Assembly: GCA_001303025.1 (NCBI GenBank)
Contig: LJNK01000014.1
Location: forward strand, 2,998-66,997
From: Deltaproteobacteria bacterium SG8_13
Lineage (GTDB): Bacteria; Desulfobacterota; Desulfobacteria; Desulfobacterales; SG8-13
DNA: 64,000 nt
Reading direction: 5' to 3'
In this document: piece by piece, positions 20,114-31,138 of the stretch
How the letters are laid out: each line of letters opens with the position of its first letter
How positions within the stretch are numbered: the stretch's first letter is position 1
The notes under the pieces: model-generated
What the model was told of the DNA's origin: nothing
What the model saw: the letters and a program-made list of their open reading frames with translations, nothing else
The model's database searches: none
Translations under genes and position numbers: made by a program

Positions 20114-22732
20114 ATGATAACCGATAGCTTCATTCGCGATTTACGCCGTATTGTCGGTGACACCCATGTGTCGGTGAACCGGGCGGCAGCCGAACTGTAT
20201 TCCTATGATGCCTCACTGGCCAGAGGCCAGCCGGGTGTTGTGGCATTTCCAGCCGACACCGGCGAAGCAGCCAAGATCGTCCGCACGGCATATCAGGCCG
20301 GTGTCCCGTTCGTCCCTCGCGGTTTCGGAACGAATCTTTCAGGCGGAACGGTGCTGCCTTCCGGCGGCCTGGTGGTCTGCCTGTCCCGTTTCAACCGCAT
20401 CCTCGGCATTTTTCCGCAAAGCCGCTATGCCGTAGTTCAACCCGGTGTCACCAATCTCGAACTTCAAAACGCGTTGGCTCCGCTCGGTTTTTTCTATGCC
20501 CCGGATCCCGCCAGTCAAAAAGTGGCCACCCTCGGCGGCAACGTGGGTGAAAATTCCGGGGGGCCCCGCTGTCTGAAATACGGCGTGACCACCAACCACG
20601 TGCTGGGAGTGGAACTGATACTGCCGGATGGAGAACTCGTTCGCATCGGCGGTCCGGCTCTCGACCCGCCGGGCTATGATCTGCGCGGTGCGATCGTCGG
20701 CAGCGAGGGGACCTTTGGTGTGGTTACCGAAGTTACGGTTCGCATTCTCCCCTCTCCGGCAGATATCATTACCATGCTCGCCATATACAACGATATCGGC
20801 GATGCCGCCCGCAGCGTATCGGACATCATTGCGGCCGGGATGGTGCCGACCACCCTGGAGATGATGGATGCACCTATCATCAAGGCGGTGGAGGACAGCT
20901 ATGCCTGCGGTTATCCCCGGGACGCTGCAGCGGTATTGATCATCGAGGTGGAGGGCGCGCATACCGGACTGAGAGAGCAGGCTCGGCAGATCGATGAAAT
21001 CTGCATGCGCAACCGCTGTCGCAGCATACGGGAAGCCAAGGACAATGCCGAGCGGAATCGACTCTGGGAAGGCAGGCGCGGTGCGTTTGGAGCAGTGGCC
21101 CGGTTGGCGCCGAATTATCTGGTAAACGACTGTACAGTGCCGCGAAATAAACTGCCGCAGGCGCTGGCCACGGTAGCGGACATCACCAAGAAATACCGCT
21201 TCGAACATGGAAACGTGTTTCACGCGGGGGACGGAAATCTGCATCCGCTGATATTCTTCGATTCCCGGGATCCGGATCAGCTCGAACGTGTGAAAAAGGC
21301 CGGCTGGGAAATCATGGTCGCCTGTGTCGATCTGGGTGGAACCATCTCCGGAGAGCACGGTATCGGCCTGGAAAAAATGGATGCCATGGGCCTGGTGTTT
21401 ACCGAAGAAGATTTTGAGGCGCAGCGAAGTCTCAAGCGTGCCTTTGACCCCGACAACCGGCTCAACCCCGGCAAAGTGATACCCGCACCGGCGACCCCTG
21501 CCGGATCGGATCCGCATCAGGCTGCAACGGCGGGTTTTTCGCCACCGCAGCCCGGTGCGGTAACGGCGGCCGAACAGGAGCTGCTGGAGAAAATACGGGA
21601 AGCCATTTCAGCCCGACAGCCGGTGCTGCCGCTCGGATGCGGAACATATCCGGATTTCGGAAATCTTACGGATCACCGGACCCTGCCGCTGCCTGCCAGC
21701 GGATTGAGCGAAATCATCGACTATGACCCACCCAACCAGGTTGTAACGGTCGGCGCCGGTGTTCCCCTGGCGGCACTGCAGAACGAGCTGCGGGCCAATG
21801 ACCAGTGGCTGCCGCTGCGTCCTCCGGTGTCGCTGCAGCAACATTCGATCGGCGGATTGGTTGCCCTGGCAGCCTGCGGTCCGGAGCGCATGGTCTATGG
21901 CGCTCCCCGGGATCTTTTGTTGGGGCTGCGGTTTATCAGTGGCAAAGGGAGTGTTATTTCGGCCGGCGGCAAAGTGGTGAAAAATGTGGCCGGCTACGAT
22001 ATGACGCGATTGATTACCGGTTCGGCGGGGACCCTCGGGTGTATCGTCCGGGCAACCCTGCGAGTGGCGACGATCCCTGAGTGTTGCATGGCGGTGACGG
22101 TCGCCGGCGATTTGGATACCTGCGCAGCTGTGGCCACCACCATCATCACTTCGAGCCATCTGCCGGCATTTACCGTCGCGACGCCTCCCGACAACGGCAG
22201 TGATTCCGCCACACACGGAAAGCCGGACTGGCATCTTCACATAGGCTTCGAGGGGTTTGGCGATACGGTTCGGGATCAAGCCGACCGGGTTGCCGAGCTG
22301 TGTGAGGCGGAGGGGCTGCGAAAGGTCGGCCTGGAGGAATACGATGTGTATGACGGCAAATTCAGCCGATTTTTCCGCCGCATCGACCGGCAGGCTTATA
22401 TTCTTAGAGCGGATTTACCGCTTGCCCATATTGCGGATTTTATCCGGTCCGGGAACGGTCGGCTTCCCCGTTCGGGCGTGATGCTCGATTTGGGATGCGG
22501 TCGGGTTCTGGGTGGATTGGATCAACTCAGCGATACCGACTGGACGCAATTGTGCGGCCGTGCGAAACAGTGCGGCGGACACCTGCTGCTGGAAAAGGCG
22601 CCTGTCGAATTTAAACGGCGCCATGACGTCTTCGGTCCCAAACGTTCCGCCTGGCAGGTCATGCACAAAGTCAAGGGCGAACTCGATCCCCAACGACTGT
22701 TCGCCCCCGGCAGGCTCCCCGGCAAAGTATGA
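20114..22732 (+). CDS. FAD-linked oxidoreductase, fused GlcD-like plus GlcE-like glycolate/D-lactate dehydrogenase subunits
   Basis: First about 460 aa: GFGTNLSGG, PDPAS, GGNVGENSGGP, HAGDGNLHP, GEHGIG, LNPGK. After a Pro/Ala linker, a second FAD domain: GGKVVKNVAGYD, LFAPGR. Confidence 0.88.
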   Translation: MITDSFIRDLRRIVGDTHVSVNRAAAELYSYDASLARGQPGVVAFPADTGEAAKIVRTAYQAGVPFVPRGFGTNLSGGTVLPSGGLVVCLSRFNRILGIFPQSRYAVVQPGVTNLELQNALAPLGFFYAPDPASQKVATLGGNVGENSGGPRCLKYGVTTNHVLGVELILPDGELVRIGGPALDPPGYDLRGAIVGSEGTFGVVTEVTVRILPSPADIITMLAIYNDIGDAARSVSDIIAAGMVPTTLEMMDAPIIKAVEDSYACGYPRDAAAVLIIEVEGAHTGLREQARQIDEICMRNRCRSIREAKDNAERNRLWEGRRGAFGAVARLAPNYLVNDCTVPRNKLPQALATVADITKKYRFEHGNVFHAGDGNLHPLIFFDSRDPDQLERVKKAGWEIMVACVDLGGTISGEHGIGLEKMDAMGLVFTEEDFEAQRSLKRAFDPDNRLNPGKVIPAPATPAGSDPHQAATAGFSPPQPGAVTAAEQELLEKIREAISARQPVLPLGCGTYPDFGNLTDHRTLPLPASGLSEIIDYDPPNQVVTVGAGVPLAALQNELRANDQWLPLRPPVSLQQHSIGGLVALAACGPERMVYGAPRDLLLGLRFISGKGSVISAGGKVVKNVAGYDMTRLITGSAGTLGCIVRATLRVATIPECCMAVTVAGDLDTCAAVATTIITSSHLPAFTVATPPDNGSDSATHGKPDWHLHIGFEGFGDTVRDQADRVAELCEAEGLRKVGLEEYDVYDGKFSRFFRRIDRQAYILRADLPLAHIADFIRSGNGRLPRSGVMLDLGCGRVLGGLDQLSDTDWTQLCGRAKQCGGHLLLEKAPVEFKRRHDVFGPKRSAWQVMHKVKGELDPQRLFAPGRLPGKV

Positions 22733-22861
22733 TCCTGCGACGCGCAAGGTCAGGCGATGCAGGAATGTTGCAGGGCAAGGCGATGATCGACCGTTCCCGC
22801 CACCGGGAGAGACGCACGGGTTACACCAACCATTTGCACATGGGTATTGGATCGGTGTCCA

Positions 22862-24106
22862 ATGGAAATTACTGCCTTTTACGATGAAATAGCACATTGC
22901 AATAAATGCGGGTTTTGCCAGGTAGCATGCCCGATCTTTCGATCCACCGGGCACGAGTCCGGAGTCGCGCGCGGCCGTCTGGCGCTGCTGCGCGGGATCA
23001 TCGAGGGGCGGTTGGACTGGACCGACAACCTCCAGGGGCCGCTCTTCGACTGCCTGCTCTGCGGCGCCTGCACAGCCAACTGCTTTCCAGCCATTCCCAC
23101 TTCCGACCTGGTCATACGGGCGCGAGCCCAGTACCTGGAGCGGGTGGGTCGCAAACCGGTTCACCGGCTGCTCTTCGAGCAGTTGCTGCCCCATCCGAGC
23201 CGGCTCCACATGGCTGCGCGGGCCGTCGCCCTGACGAAAAAAACCGGACTTTCGAGCCTGGCGCGTGCGTTGGGATTGTTGCGCATCTTCGGACGCGATT
23301 TCGCCAGTGCGGAGGGTATTGTCGAGACGTTTCCGCTGAAAGAACTGCGCGATAAAATCCGCCCCGGCATTTATGAAGGCAGCGGAAAAGATCATACCGT
23401 CGGTTACTTCATCGGCTGCGGCGTCGATATCGTTCAGCAGGAAACCGGCGCTGCCACCCTGCAGTTGCTTCGAAAAACAGCTCGACAGGTGCACGTATTA
23501 GACAACTGCTGCTGCGGTCTGCCGGCCTGGTCTTACGGGGATTTGCAGATCGCACGGAAACTGGCACAAAAAAACCTCCAAGCACTCGCTTCCGACCGGC
23601 TGGATGTCATCGTCACCGATTGTTCGAGCTGCGCATCCTTTTTGAAAAAGTATCCGGTGCTGTTTGCGGAAGATGACCGGCAGGAGGCAGCGGCAAAAAC
23701 TTTTTCCGCCAAAATTCGCGACATGGTTGAATGGCTCGACGACGTTGCGGACCCGCTGCCGGCGTCTGAAGCCCCCATCCGGGTAACCTATCACGATCCC
23801 TGCCACGCCGTCCGGGGGCAGGGTATTGTAAAGCAGCCCAGAGAAATGTTGAAAAAACTTCCGGGTATCGATTATGTCGAGTTGCCCGAAGCAGACTGGT
23901 GCTGCGGAGGTGCCGGCGCTTATGCACTGTCCCAGTATGATTTGTACCGCCAGGTGTTGGACCGTAAAATCGCCAACCTGAAGAAGACCGGAGCCGATGT
24001 GATCGCCACTTCCTGTCCGGCCTGCATTATTCACCTTTCCTATGGCGTTCGAAAGCACGGTCTGACAACGCGTGTCTGTCACCTGTCGGAAATTATCAAC
24101 CGATAG
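22862..24106 (+). CDS. glcF: Glycolate oxidase iron-sulfur subunit GlcF-like
   Basis: CNKCGFCQVACP, CLLCGACTANC, CCG, YHDPCH, WCCGGAG, TSCPAC. Confidence 0.85.
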   Translation: MEITAFYDEIAHCNKCGFCQVACPIFRSTGHESGVARGRLALLRGIIEGRLDWTDNLQGPLFDCLLCGACTANCFPAIPTSDLVIRARAQYLERVGRKPVHRLLFEQLLPHPSRLHMAARAVALTKKTGLSSLARALGLLRIFGRDFASAEGIVETFPLKELRDKIRPGIYEGSGKDHTVGYFIGCGVDIVQQETGAATLQLLRKTARQVHVLDNCCCGLPAWSYGDLQIARKLAQKNLQALASDRLDVIVTDCSSCASFLKKYPVLFAEDDRQEAAAKTFSAKIRDMVEWLDDVADPLPASEAPIRVTYHDPCHAVRGQGIVKQPREMLKKLPGIDYVELPEADWCCGGAGAYALSQYDLYRQVLDRKIANLKKTGADVIATSCPACIIHLSYGVRKHGLTTRVCHLSEIINR

Positions 24107-24142
24107 GATGAAAATCCCACTTTAACCAAACGGAGGGCAATT

Positions 24143-25741
24143 ATGGAGGCCACCATAAAAGTCAACGGCATTGAAGTTTTTGGCCCTGTTTCGCCGTCAT
24201 TTCAACAGATTCTAACTCTCGAGGCACTTCAGTTCGTCGGGGAGCTGGCCAGAGAGTTCGAATCCCGTAGAAAAGAACTGCTGCAGCGCCGCAAAGAGGT
24301 TCAAAAGGCGATCGACGGCGGGTCGTTTCCCGATTTTCTGCCCGAAACCCAGCACATCCGCGACGGTGACTGGAAAATAGCACCGGTCCCCGCGGATCTT
24401 CAGGACCGTCGGGTGGAAATTACCGGGCCGGTGGAACGCAAAATGGTGATCAATGCACTCAATTCCGGTGCTTCGACCTATATGGCCGACTTCGAAGATT
24501 CGCACTCGCCGACCTGGGAGGCCACGATTCAAGGCCAGATCAATCTCGTCGATGCGGTCAATGGAACCATCGAATTCGCCAGCCCGGAAGGCAAGCAGTA
24601 TCGCCTGGGCGACAAAACCGCGACCCTGATCGTGCGCCCCCGGGGATGGCACCTGGTGGAAAAGAACGTGCATGTGGACGGTGAGCCGATTTCGGCAAGC
24701 CTGTTCGATTTTGGCCTGTTCTTCTTTCACAATGCGAAGACCTTGATCAGCAAAGGAACCGGGCCGTACTTTTACCTGCCCAAACTGGAAAGTCACCTGG
24801 AAGCCCGCCTGTGGAATGACGTCTTCGTTCGCGCCCAGCAGCAGATGAACATCCCGGTGGGCACCATCAAAGCCACGGTGCTGATCGAAACCATCCTGGC
24901 GGCTTTTGAGATCGATGAAATCCTGTACGAGTTGCGCGATCACATGGCCGGCCTGAACTGCGGCCGGTGGGATTATATCTTCAGCTTTATCAAAAAGTTT
25001 AAAAACGTGCCGGACTATATCTTCCCGGACCGGGCGCAAATCACCATGACGCGCCATTGCATGCACGCGTATTCCCTGTTGGTGATCCAAACCTGCCATC
25101 GTCGCGGTGCTCACGCTATTGGCGGCATGGCGGCTCAAATTCCGATTAAGGGCGACCCGCAGCAAAACGAGGCCGCATTGCGCAAGGTGCGGGAGGATAA
25201 AACCCGCGAGGCCACCGATGGCCACGACGGAACCTGGGTCGCTCACCCCGGCCTGGTACACATCGCCCGTGAGGAGTTCGACAAAGCCATGCCGACCCCC
25301 AACCAGGTTTCCAAACTGCGCGAAGACGTCGTGGTCACGGCCAAGGATCTGCTCAAACTGCCCAAAGGCACCATTACCGAAGAAGGATTGCGCACCAACA
25401 TCAGTGTCGGAGTTCAGTACATGGCTTCCTGGCTGAACAACAACGGTTGCGTGCCGCTCTACAACCTGATGGAAGATGCCGCCACAGCGGAGATTTCGCG
25501 CACCCAGGTCTGGCAATGGGTTCATCATCCCAAAGGGATCCTTGAAGATGGGCGCAACGTTACGCTGGAGCTGTTCCGCCAGGTGATGGCCGAAGAAATG
25601 GACAAGATCAAGCAGTCGGTCGGAGAGGATCGTTTTGTCGGCGAGAAGTACGCCTTGGCGGCGCAACTGTTCGATGAGATTATTGCCGGCGATACGCTGG
25701 AAGAGTTTTTGACCTTGCGGGCGTACGACCATCTGGATTGA
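24143..25741 (+). CDS. aceB: Malate synthase A
   Basis: 532 aa; [51 protein letters not shown]. Confidence 0.96.
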   Translation: MEATIKVNGIEVFGPVSPSFQQILTLEALQFVGELAREFESRRKELLQRRKEVQKAIDGGSFPDFLPETQHIRDGDWKIAPVPADLQDRRVEITGPVERKMVINALNSGASTYMADFEDSHSPTWEATIQGQINLVDAVNGTIEFASPEGKQYRLGDKTATLIVRPRGWHLVEKNVHVDGEPISASLFDFGLFFFHNAKTLISKGTGPYFYLPKLESHLEARLWNDVFVRAQQQMNIPVGTIKATVLIETILAAFEIDEILYELRDHMAGLNCGRWDYIFSFIKKFKNVPDYIFPDRAQITMTRHCMHAYSLLVIQTCHRRGAHAIGGMAAQIPIKGDPQQNEAALRKVREDKTREATDGHDGTWVAHPGLVHIAREEFDKAMPTPNQVSKLREDVVVTAKDLLKLPKGTITEEGLRTNISVGVQYMASWLNNNGCVPLYNLMEDAATAEISRTQVWQWVHHPKGILEDGRNVTLELFRQVMAEEMDKIKQSVGEDRFVGEKYALAAQLFDEIIAGDTLEEFLTLRAYDHLD

Positions 25742-25767
25742 TGAATCGGCGCCTGATGTTGTTGCGC

Positions 25768-26535
25768 CTATCCCCGGCCGATAAACGGCATCTTGGTCGC
25801 CATGATGGTCATAAACAGCACGTTCGCCTCCAGCGGCAGGCTTGCCATCTGCACGATGGCGCGCGCCACGTGATCCAGCTCCAGGCTCGGTTCGACGGCA
25901 ACCGAGCCGTCTGCCTGGGCGGCGCCCTTACCGTCCTGCATGATGGCCTTGATCAGATCGGTGGCCGCGTTGCCGATGTCTATCTGGCAGCAGGCGATGT
26001 CGTACTTGCGCCCGTCCAGAGACAACGATTTGGTCAGACCGGTGATGGCATGTTTGGTGGTGGTGTAGGCTGCAGAATTGGGCCGGGGTGAATGCGCCGA
26101 AATGGAGCCGTTGTTGATGATCCGCCCTCCCATCGGTTTCTGGGCCTTCATGATTCGGAAAGCCTCCCGGGCACAAAGAAACGCCCCGGTAACGTTGATG
26201 TCCACCACCGCTTTCCACTCTTCGTAGGGGATGTCTTCAAAAAGAACCGACGGTCCGAAAATCCCCGCGTTGTTGAACAGAACATCGATCCGCCCGAAAA
26301 AGCCTTTTGTCCGGGAGAACAGATCGCGAACCGCTTGTCGATCGGCCACGTCGGTGGGGACCACCAGCGACTTTGATCCGCTCGCTGCGGCCTCCGTCGC
26401 GGTTTTTTCCAACGGTGCCTTGCGGCGTCCGGCCAGGGCAACCGAATAACCGGCTTCGAGAAAGGCCAGCGCCGTTTGTTTGCCGATCCCGGATCCGGCT
26501 CCGGTGACAACCGCGACTTTAGGGTTCGAACTCAT
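25768..26535 (-). CDS. Short-chain dehydrogenase/reductase
   Basis: [23 protein letters not shown]; start reassigned to ATG 26535. Confidence 0.9.
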   Translation of the reverse strand: MSSNPKVAVVTGAGSGIGKQTALAFLEAGYSVALAGRRKAPLEKTATEAAASGSKSLVVPTDVADRQAVRDLFSRTKGFFGRIDVLFNNAGIFGPSVLFEDIPYEEWKAVVDINVTGAFLCAREAFRIMKAQKPMGGRIINNGSISAHSPRPNSAAYTTTKHAITGLTKSLSLDGRKYDIACCQIDIGNAATDLIKAIMQDGKGAAQADGSVAVEPSLELDHVARAIVQMASLPLEANVLFMTIMATKMPFIGRG

Positions 26536-26578
26536 TTCCAACTCCTTTTCCCGCAGCGTGTGGGAGCTGTTCGCTTCC

Positions 26579-28108
26579 TTAGTCCGACATGGCTGCCATG
26601 GTGCCGTCCCAGGTGTCGACCGCTTTGCCTGCCTGCGCATCCTCTGAAAACCAGGTGCTGGTGACACACTTGGTCTCGGTAAAAAAGGCGAATCCGTCCC
26701 GTCCCATCACATGCAGGTCACCGAAAAAGGATTGCTTGTGTCCGGTAAAACCGAAGATGCCCACGGGTACGGGAATGCCGACGTTGATCCCCACCATCCC
26801 GGCATCGGTGCGTTTGGCGAACTCTCTGGCGTAATAGCCGCTTTGGGTGTAGATGGTCGAGCCGTTGGCAAACCGGCTGGCATTCATGATCGCAAGGCCC
26901 TCTTCGAAATCGTCGACGCGCTTGATGCACAGCACCGGTCCAAAAATTTCTTCCCTTCCCACCGACATTTCCTCGGTAACATGGTCAAAGATGGTGGGTC
27001 CGATGTAAAAACCGCCCTCATAACCGGGGACCGTTGGATTGCGTCCGTCCAGAATCAGCTTGGCTCCCTCGTCCACGCCGGTTTGAATCCAATCGGTCAC
27101 GAATTTCAAATGACCGGCATTGACCACCGGGCCCATGTCCGTGTCTTTTTCATAAGCGGGACCGAGTTTCATCTGGGAGGCGAGCTTTACCAGCAGTTCG
27201 GCCAGCTGGTCGGCAATGGCGTTTTCCACCACGATGGTCGGCAGCGCCATGCAGCGCTCTCCGGCGCAGCCGCAGAAAGCGTTAATGATACCTGAAGCGG
27301 TTCGCTCCAGTTTGCTGTCCCTCAGCACCAGCGCATGGTTCTTGGCTTCACACAAGGCCTGAACGCGTTTTCCGTTGGCCGCCGCCGTAGCGTAAATGTG
27401 CCGCCCCACCGAGGTGGAACCCACAAAGGAGACCCCCTTTACGGCCGGATGATTGAGCAGGATTTCCGCCTGCTGGCGCCCGGCGGTGATCACGTTCAGC
27501 ACGCCGCCGGGCAGACCGGCTTGCTGCCACAGTTCCATCAACCGCAGGGAGCTCTGGGGCACAAAGCTGGCCGCTTTCAAAACCATCGTATTTCCGGTTG
27601 CCAGACAAATGGGCGTCATCCAGCCATGGGGGATCATGGCCGGAAAGTTCCAGGGTGCGATTCCCGCAAAAACGCCGACGGGGTGATGATACAGGGTCGT
27701 ATCATAGTCTGTGGAGGCGTCCATCAAAGACTCACCTTTCATCAGATGGGGTGCTCCGCAGGCGAATTCGATCACCTCATTGACCTTGAGAACGTCGCCC
27801 ATGGCTTCGTCCCACTTTTTTCCGTGCTCCTGTGCCAGCAGATAGGTCAACTCATCCAGGTGCTTTTCCACCAGGGCCTTCATACGGTAAAGGACCTGCA
27901 CCCGTTTGATGACCGGTGTGTTCGACCAGCCGGCAAAGGCTTGCTGGGCGGCGCTGATGGCCGATTCCACTTCATCGGCCGTGCACTGGGGAGCCCGTGC
28001 GATCACTTCCCCCGTGGACGGGTTGAAGCAGTCCATGTATGCGTCGGTTTTGGATTCGTGCCATTGGCCCCCGACGCAATATTTCAGTTTTTTCGCTTCG
28101 GTCGTCAT
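26579..28108 (-). CDS. mmsA: CoA-acylating methylmalonate/malonate-semialdehyde dehydrogenase
   Basis: [49 protein letters not shown]. Confidence 0.9.
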   Translation of the reverse strand: MTTEAKKLKYCVGGQWHESKTDAYMDCFNPSTGEVIARAPQCTADEVESAISAAQQAFAGWSNTPVIKRVQVLYRMKALVEKHLDELTYLLAQEHGKKWDEAMGDVLKVNEVIEFACGAPHLMKGESLMDASTDYDTTLYHHPVGVFAGIAPWNFPAMIPHGWMTPICLATGNTMVLKAASFVPQSSLRLMELWQQAGLPGGVLNVITAGRQQAEILLNHPAVKGVSFVGSTSVGRHIYATAAANGKRVQALCEAKNHALVLRDSKLERTASGIINAFCGCAGERCMALPTIVVENAIADQLAELLVKLASQMKLGPAYEKDTDMGPVVNAGHLKFVTDWIQTGVDEGAKLILDGRNPTVPGYEGGFYIGPTIFDHVTEEMSVGREEIFGPVLCIKRVDDFEEGLAIMNASRFANGSTIYTQSGYYAREFAKRTDAGMVGINVGIPVPVGIFGFTGHKQSFFGDLHVMGRDGFAFFTETKCVTSTWFSEDAQAGKAVDTWDGTMAAMSD

Positions 28109-28311
28109 TTCAAGCCCCCTTTGCAGATGAGTCGGTGCGCTGTCGAACGATGGTTCTGGTTTTTGACAGAATTTAATTCAATATCCGATCAAATCGATTA
28201 TGGCAATATAAATATTATAATATTTCGATATTTTAATATTTATTGACAATCGATTTGGGCCTTGATAGAAGCAAAAAATAAAATAATATTATTAGTAGGT
28301 TATTTGAAATA

Positions 28312-29061
28312 ATGTTCACGCCGATCGCCAGCCGTAAAGCTCCCCAGCTGATTATCAACCAGATCCGGGGCGCAATTTTGCAGGGGAAAATTGCGCCGGG
28401 GCAGAAACTGCCTTCTTCCGCTGAGCTGACGGAACGATTCGGCGTCAGCAAGGCCACCTTGAGGGAAGCCCTGCGGGCTTTGGAGTTTCTGGGGCTGATC
28501 GACATCAGAAAGGGCGCCAAAGGGGGCATATATGCCAGCGAGGTGGACATTCGGGTTTCCCGGGACAGTCTGATCAATTTCTTCCACTTTCAAAATGTAT
28601 CGGTACAGAACCTGTCCGAGGTCCGCAAGGTCCTGGAACCCTATGCGGCAAAGGTCGCCGCGCAAAGGATTATGGACGATGATATTGAAGTGCTGAAGAA
28701 AATTAACCAGGACTGCGAACTGGCGCTGGCGAACGATCAACACGATAGGATCAGCAAGGAGATGGTCAATTTCCATCGGGTGATTGCACGATGCACGGCA
28801 AACCCGGTTTTGATATTCATTCTGACGTTCGTCGAGGACCTGCTGCAGGACACCAAGGACCTGTTGAGACCGGACAGACGATTTTTCCAGACGGTCGTCG
28901 AGGCGCACAAGCGCATCGTTAGCGCCTTGGTGAAACGCGACGCTGAAAAGGCATCTGTAGAAATGTATAAAGATGTTTCCAAAGTGGAAGAATATCTGAT
29001 ATCGATGAAAAACGATTCCCGGTTTGCACGACCGAAAAAGAGACACGTGAAAGCAAAATAG
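28312..29061 (+). CDS. GntR/FadR family transcriptional regulator
   Basis: Winged HTH LPSSAELTERFGVSKATLREAL plus FCD-like domain; divergent from mmsA. Confidence 0.92.
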   Translation: MFTPIASRKAPQLIINQIRGAILQGKIAPGQKLPSSAELTERFGVSKATLREALRALEFLGLIDIRKGAKGGIYASEVDIRVSRDSLINFFHFQNVSVQNLSEVRKVLEPYAAKVAAQRIMDDDIEVLKKINQDCELALANDQHDRISKEMVNFHRVIARCTANPVLIFILTFVEDLLQDTKDLLRPDRRFFQTVVEAHKRIVSALVKRDAEKASVEMYKDVSKVEEYLISMKNDSRFARPKKRHVKAK

Positions 29062-29219
29062 AAATCGAAGTTTTGCAAAACGATTCTGTGCATCGGGTTT
29101 TCGCTTTGATTTGACTGGGGACGGGCAACATTCTATACCGGCAGTAAATGGACGGGAATTGGAATGGCTTGCTGTTTTGGATTCATTAACCATTAATGCT
29201 CAGTGAGGAGGATTCGGTT

Positions 29220-30377
29220 ATGAAGAAGGAAAAAGCAAAAAAGACCGTCGACAAAAAAGAGAATGTGAAAATTGGTCGCCGCAAATTTCTGAAGAAGGCG
29301 GCAGTGGCAGGCGCCGCCGGTGCGGCCACCATCGGTTTCCCGATGGTCTCGCGGGCCCAGACCACCGTCTTGAAGATGCAGGGAGCCTGGGGCGCGAAGG
29401 ACATTTTCAACGATTACGCCACAGACTACGTCAAACGCGTCAATGAGATGGCCGGTGGTCGGCTGAAAATCCAGTATCTGATCTCCGGCGCCGTGGTCAA
29501 GGCCTTTCGCGTGCAGGACGCCGTTCACAAGGGCGTGCTCGACGCCGGGCACCAGGTAACCGTTTACTGGTACGGCAAGAGCAAGGTGGCCTCGCTGTTC
29601 GGCTCGGGACCCGTCTTCGGCCAGAATGCCCACCAGGGCCTGGCCTGGATCTATTACGGCGGCGGACAGGAGCTCTATGACGAGCTCATCCAAAAACTGG
29701 GAATCAATACCGTCGGGTTCTTCTGCATGCCGATGCCGACCCAGCCGCTCGGGTGGTTCAAAAAACCGGTGAATAACGCCGATGATCTGGTGGGCCTCAA
29801 ATACCGCACGGTGGGTCTGGCGGCCGACTTGATGCAGGAGATGGGGGTTAAGGTGACCCAGCTTCCCGGTGGTGAGATTGTACCGGCCCTGGAACGCGGC
29901 GTGATCGAGGCCTTCGAGTTTAACAACCCGACTTCCGACAGAAGCTTCGGGGCCCAGGACGTGAGCAAGGTCTACATGCTGGGCAGCTACCATCAGGCGG
30001 CGGAGTACTTCGAGATCATTTTCAACAAGGACAAATTCAACGCCCTGGAGAAGGAACACCAGGCCATCCTGAAGTACGCGGCCGAGGCTGCCTCTTCGAA
30101 CAACTACTGGAGGGGGCTGGATCAGTACTCCAAAGACCTGCAGTGGCTGAAAGGCAGTGCCGGCGTGAAGGTTTACCGCACGCCGACGTCGGTTATGGAG
30201 GCCCAGTTGAAGGCATGGGACAAGCTCCTGGTAGAACTGGACAAGGACCCGTATTTCAAAAAGGTCGTAGCATCGCAGAAGGCATTCGCGCGCCGCTGTG
30301 CATATTACGATATCCTCAACTCTTGCGACTACAAACTGGCCTACGATCACCACTTCCCGGGCGAACTGGGATTCTAA
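29220..30377 (+). CDS. dctP: TRAP substrate-binding protein (TakP-like) with twin-arginine signal
   Basis: GRRKFLK Tat motif; GLKYRTVG, GEIVPALERGVIEAFEFNNP. Confidence 0.9.
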   Translation: MKKEKAKKTVDKKENVKIGRRKFLKKAAVAGAAGAATIGFPMVSRAQTTVLKMQGAWGAKDIFNDYATDYVKRVNEMAGGRLKIQYLISGAVVKAFRVQDAVHKGVLDAGHQVTVYWYGKSKVASLFGSGPVFGQNAHQGLAWIYYGGGQELYDELIQKLGINTVGFFCMPMPTQPLGWFKKPVNNADDLVGLKYRTVGLAADLMQEMGVKVTQLPGGEIVPALERGVIEAFEFNNPTSDRSFGAQDVSKVYMLGSYHQAAEYFEIIFNKDKFNALEKEHQAILKYAAEAASSNNYWRGLDQYSKDLQWLKGSAGVKVYRTPTSVMEAQLKAWDKLLVELDKDPYFKKVVASQKAFARRCAYYDILNSCDYKLAYDHHFPGELGF

Positions 30378-30419
30378 TGCGACGGTTCGTCCCGTATCGC
30401 ATTGGTTTACTATAAATCA

Positions 30420-30445
30420 GGCGCGGCGCTTACGAGCGCCGCGCC
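30420..30445 (+). terminator. GC-rich hairpin between dctP and dctQ (mRNA stabiliser or partial terminator)
   Basis: GGCGCGGCGCT-TACG-AGCGCCGCGCC perfect 11-bp stem. Confidence 0.55.
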
Positions 30446-30493
30446 GCCTTCTATATTCGGTAAGTCGCTGAAATCCCATTAAAGGATGATAAA

Positions 30494-31138
30494 ATGAATC
30501 AGTTTCTTTTTTTCATCGATCGCTTGAGCGCGTGGGTGGGAAAGGCTTTTGCCTGGTGCATCCTGATTCTGGCCTTTGCTACCACCTACGAGGTGTTTGT
30601 CCGCTACGTTCTGAGGGCTCCCACCTCGTGGGCTTTCGACATCAGCTACATCATGTACGGGACGTTGTTTATGATGGCAGGCGGCTATGCCCTTTCCCGC
30701 AACGCGCATGTGCGCGGGGACTTCGTTTATCGGCTCTGGCCCCCTCGTGTTCAGGCAGCGGTCGAGTTTGTGCTCTACTTCGTCTTTTTCTTTCCCGGGA
30801 TGATAGCCCTGATCTATGCTGGAATCGATTATGCCGCCGAGTCATGGTCGTTTAGACCCTATGGTCCCGAAGGACCCTTCGGTGAGATCAGCATCAACAG
30901 CCCAGCCGGGGTACCGGTGTTTCCTCTGAAAACCATCCTTCCCATCGCCGCGTTCATTCTGCTGCTGCAGGGGATTGCAGAAACCATCCGCTGTGTGCAG
31001 TGCCTGAAAACCGGTAAGTGGCCGACGCGGCTGCACGATGTGGAGGAATTGGAAAAAGAACTGGTCGAAAAGAAGCGTCGGGAAGAGGCCGAGATGGCCG
31101 CCCGGGAGGGTGGCGAGGGAAAGGAGGATGCGATATGA
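30494..31138 (+). CDS. dctQ: TRAP small permease DctQ
   Basis: 4 TM segments, AHVRGD motif. Confidence 0.88.
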   Translation: MNQFLFFIDRLSAWVGKAFAWCILILAFATTYEVFVRYVLRAPTSWAFDISYIMYGTLFMMAGGYALSRNAHVRGDFVYRLWPPRVQAAVEFVLYFVFFFPGMIALIYAGIDYAAESWSFRPYGPEGPFGEISINSPAGVPVFPLKTILPIAAFILLLQGIAETIRCVQCLKTGKWPTRLHDVEELEKELVEKKRREEAEMAAREGGEGKEDAI

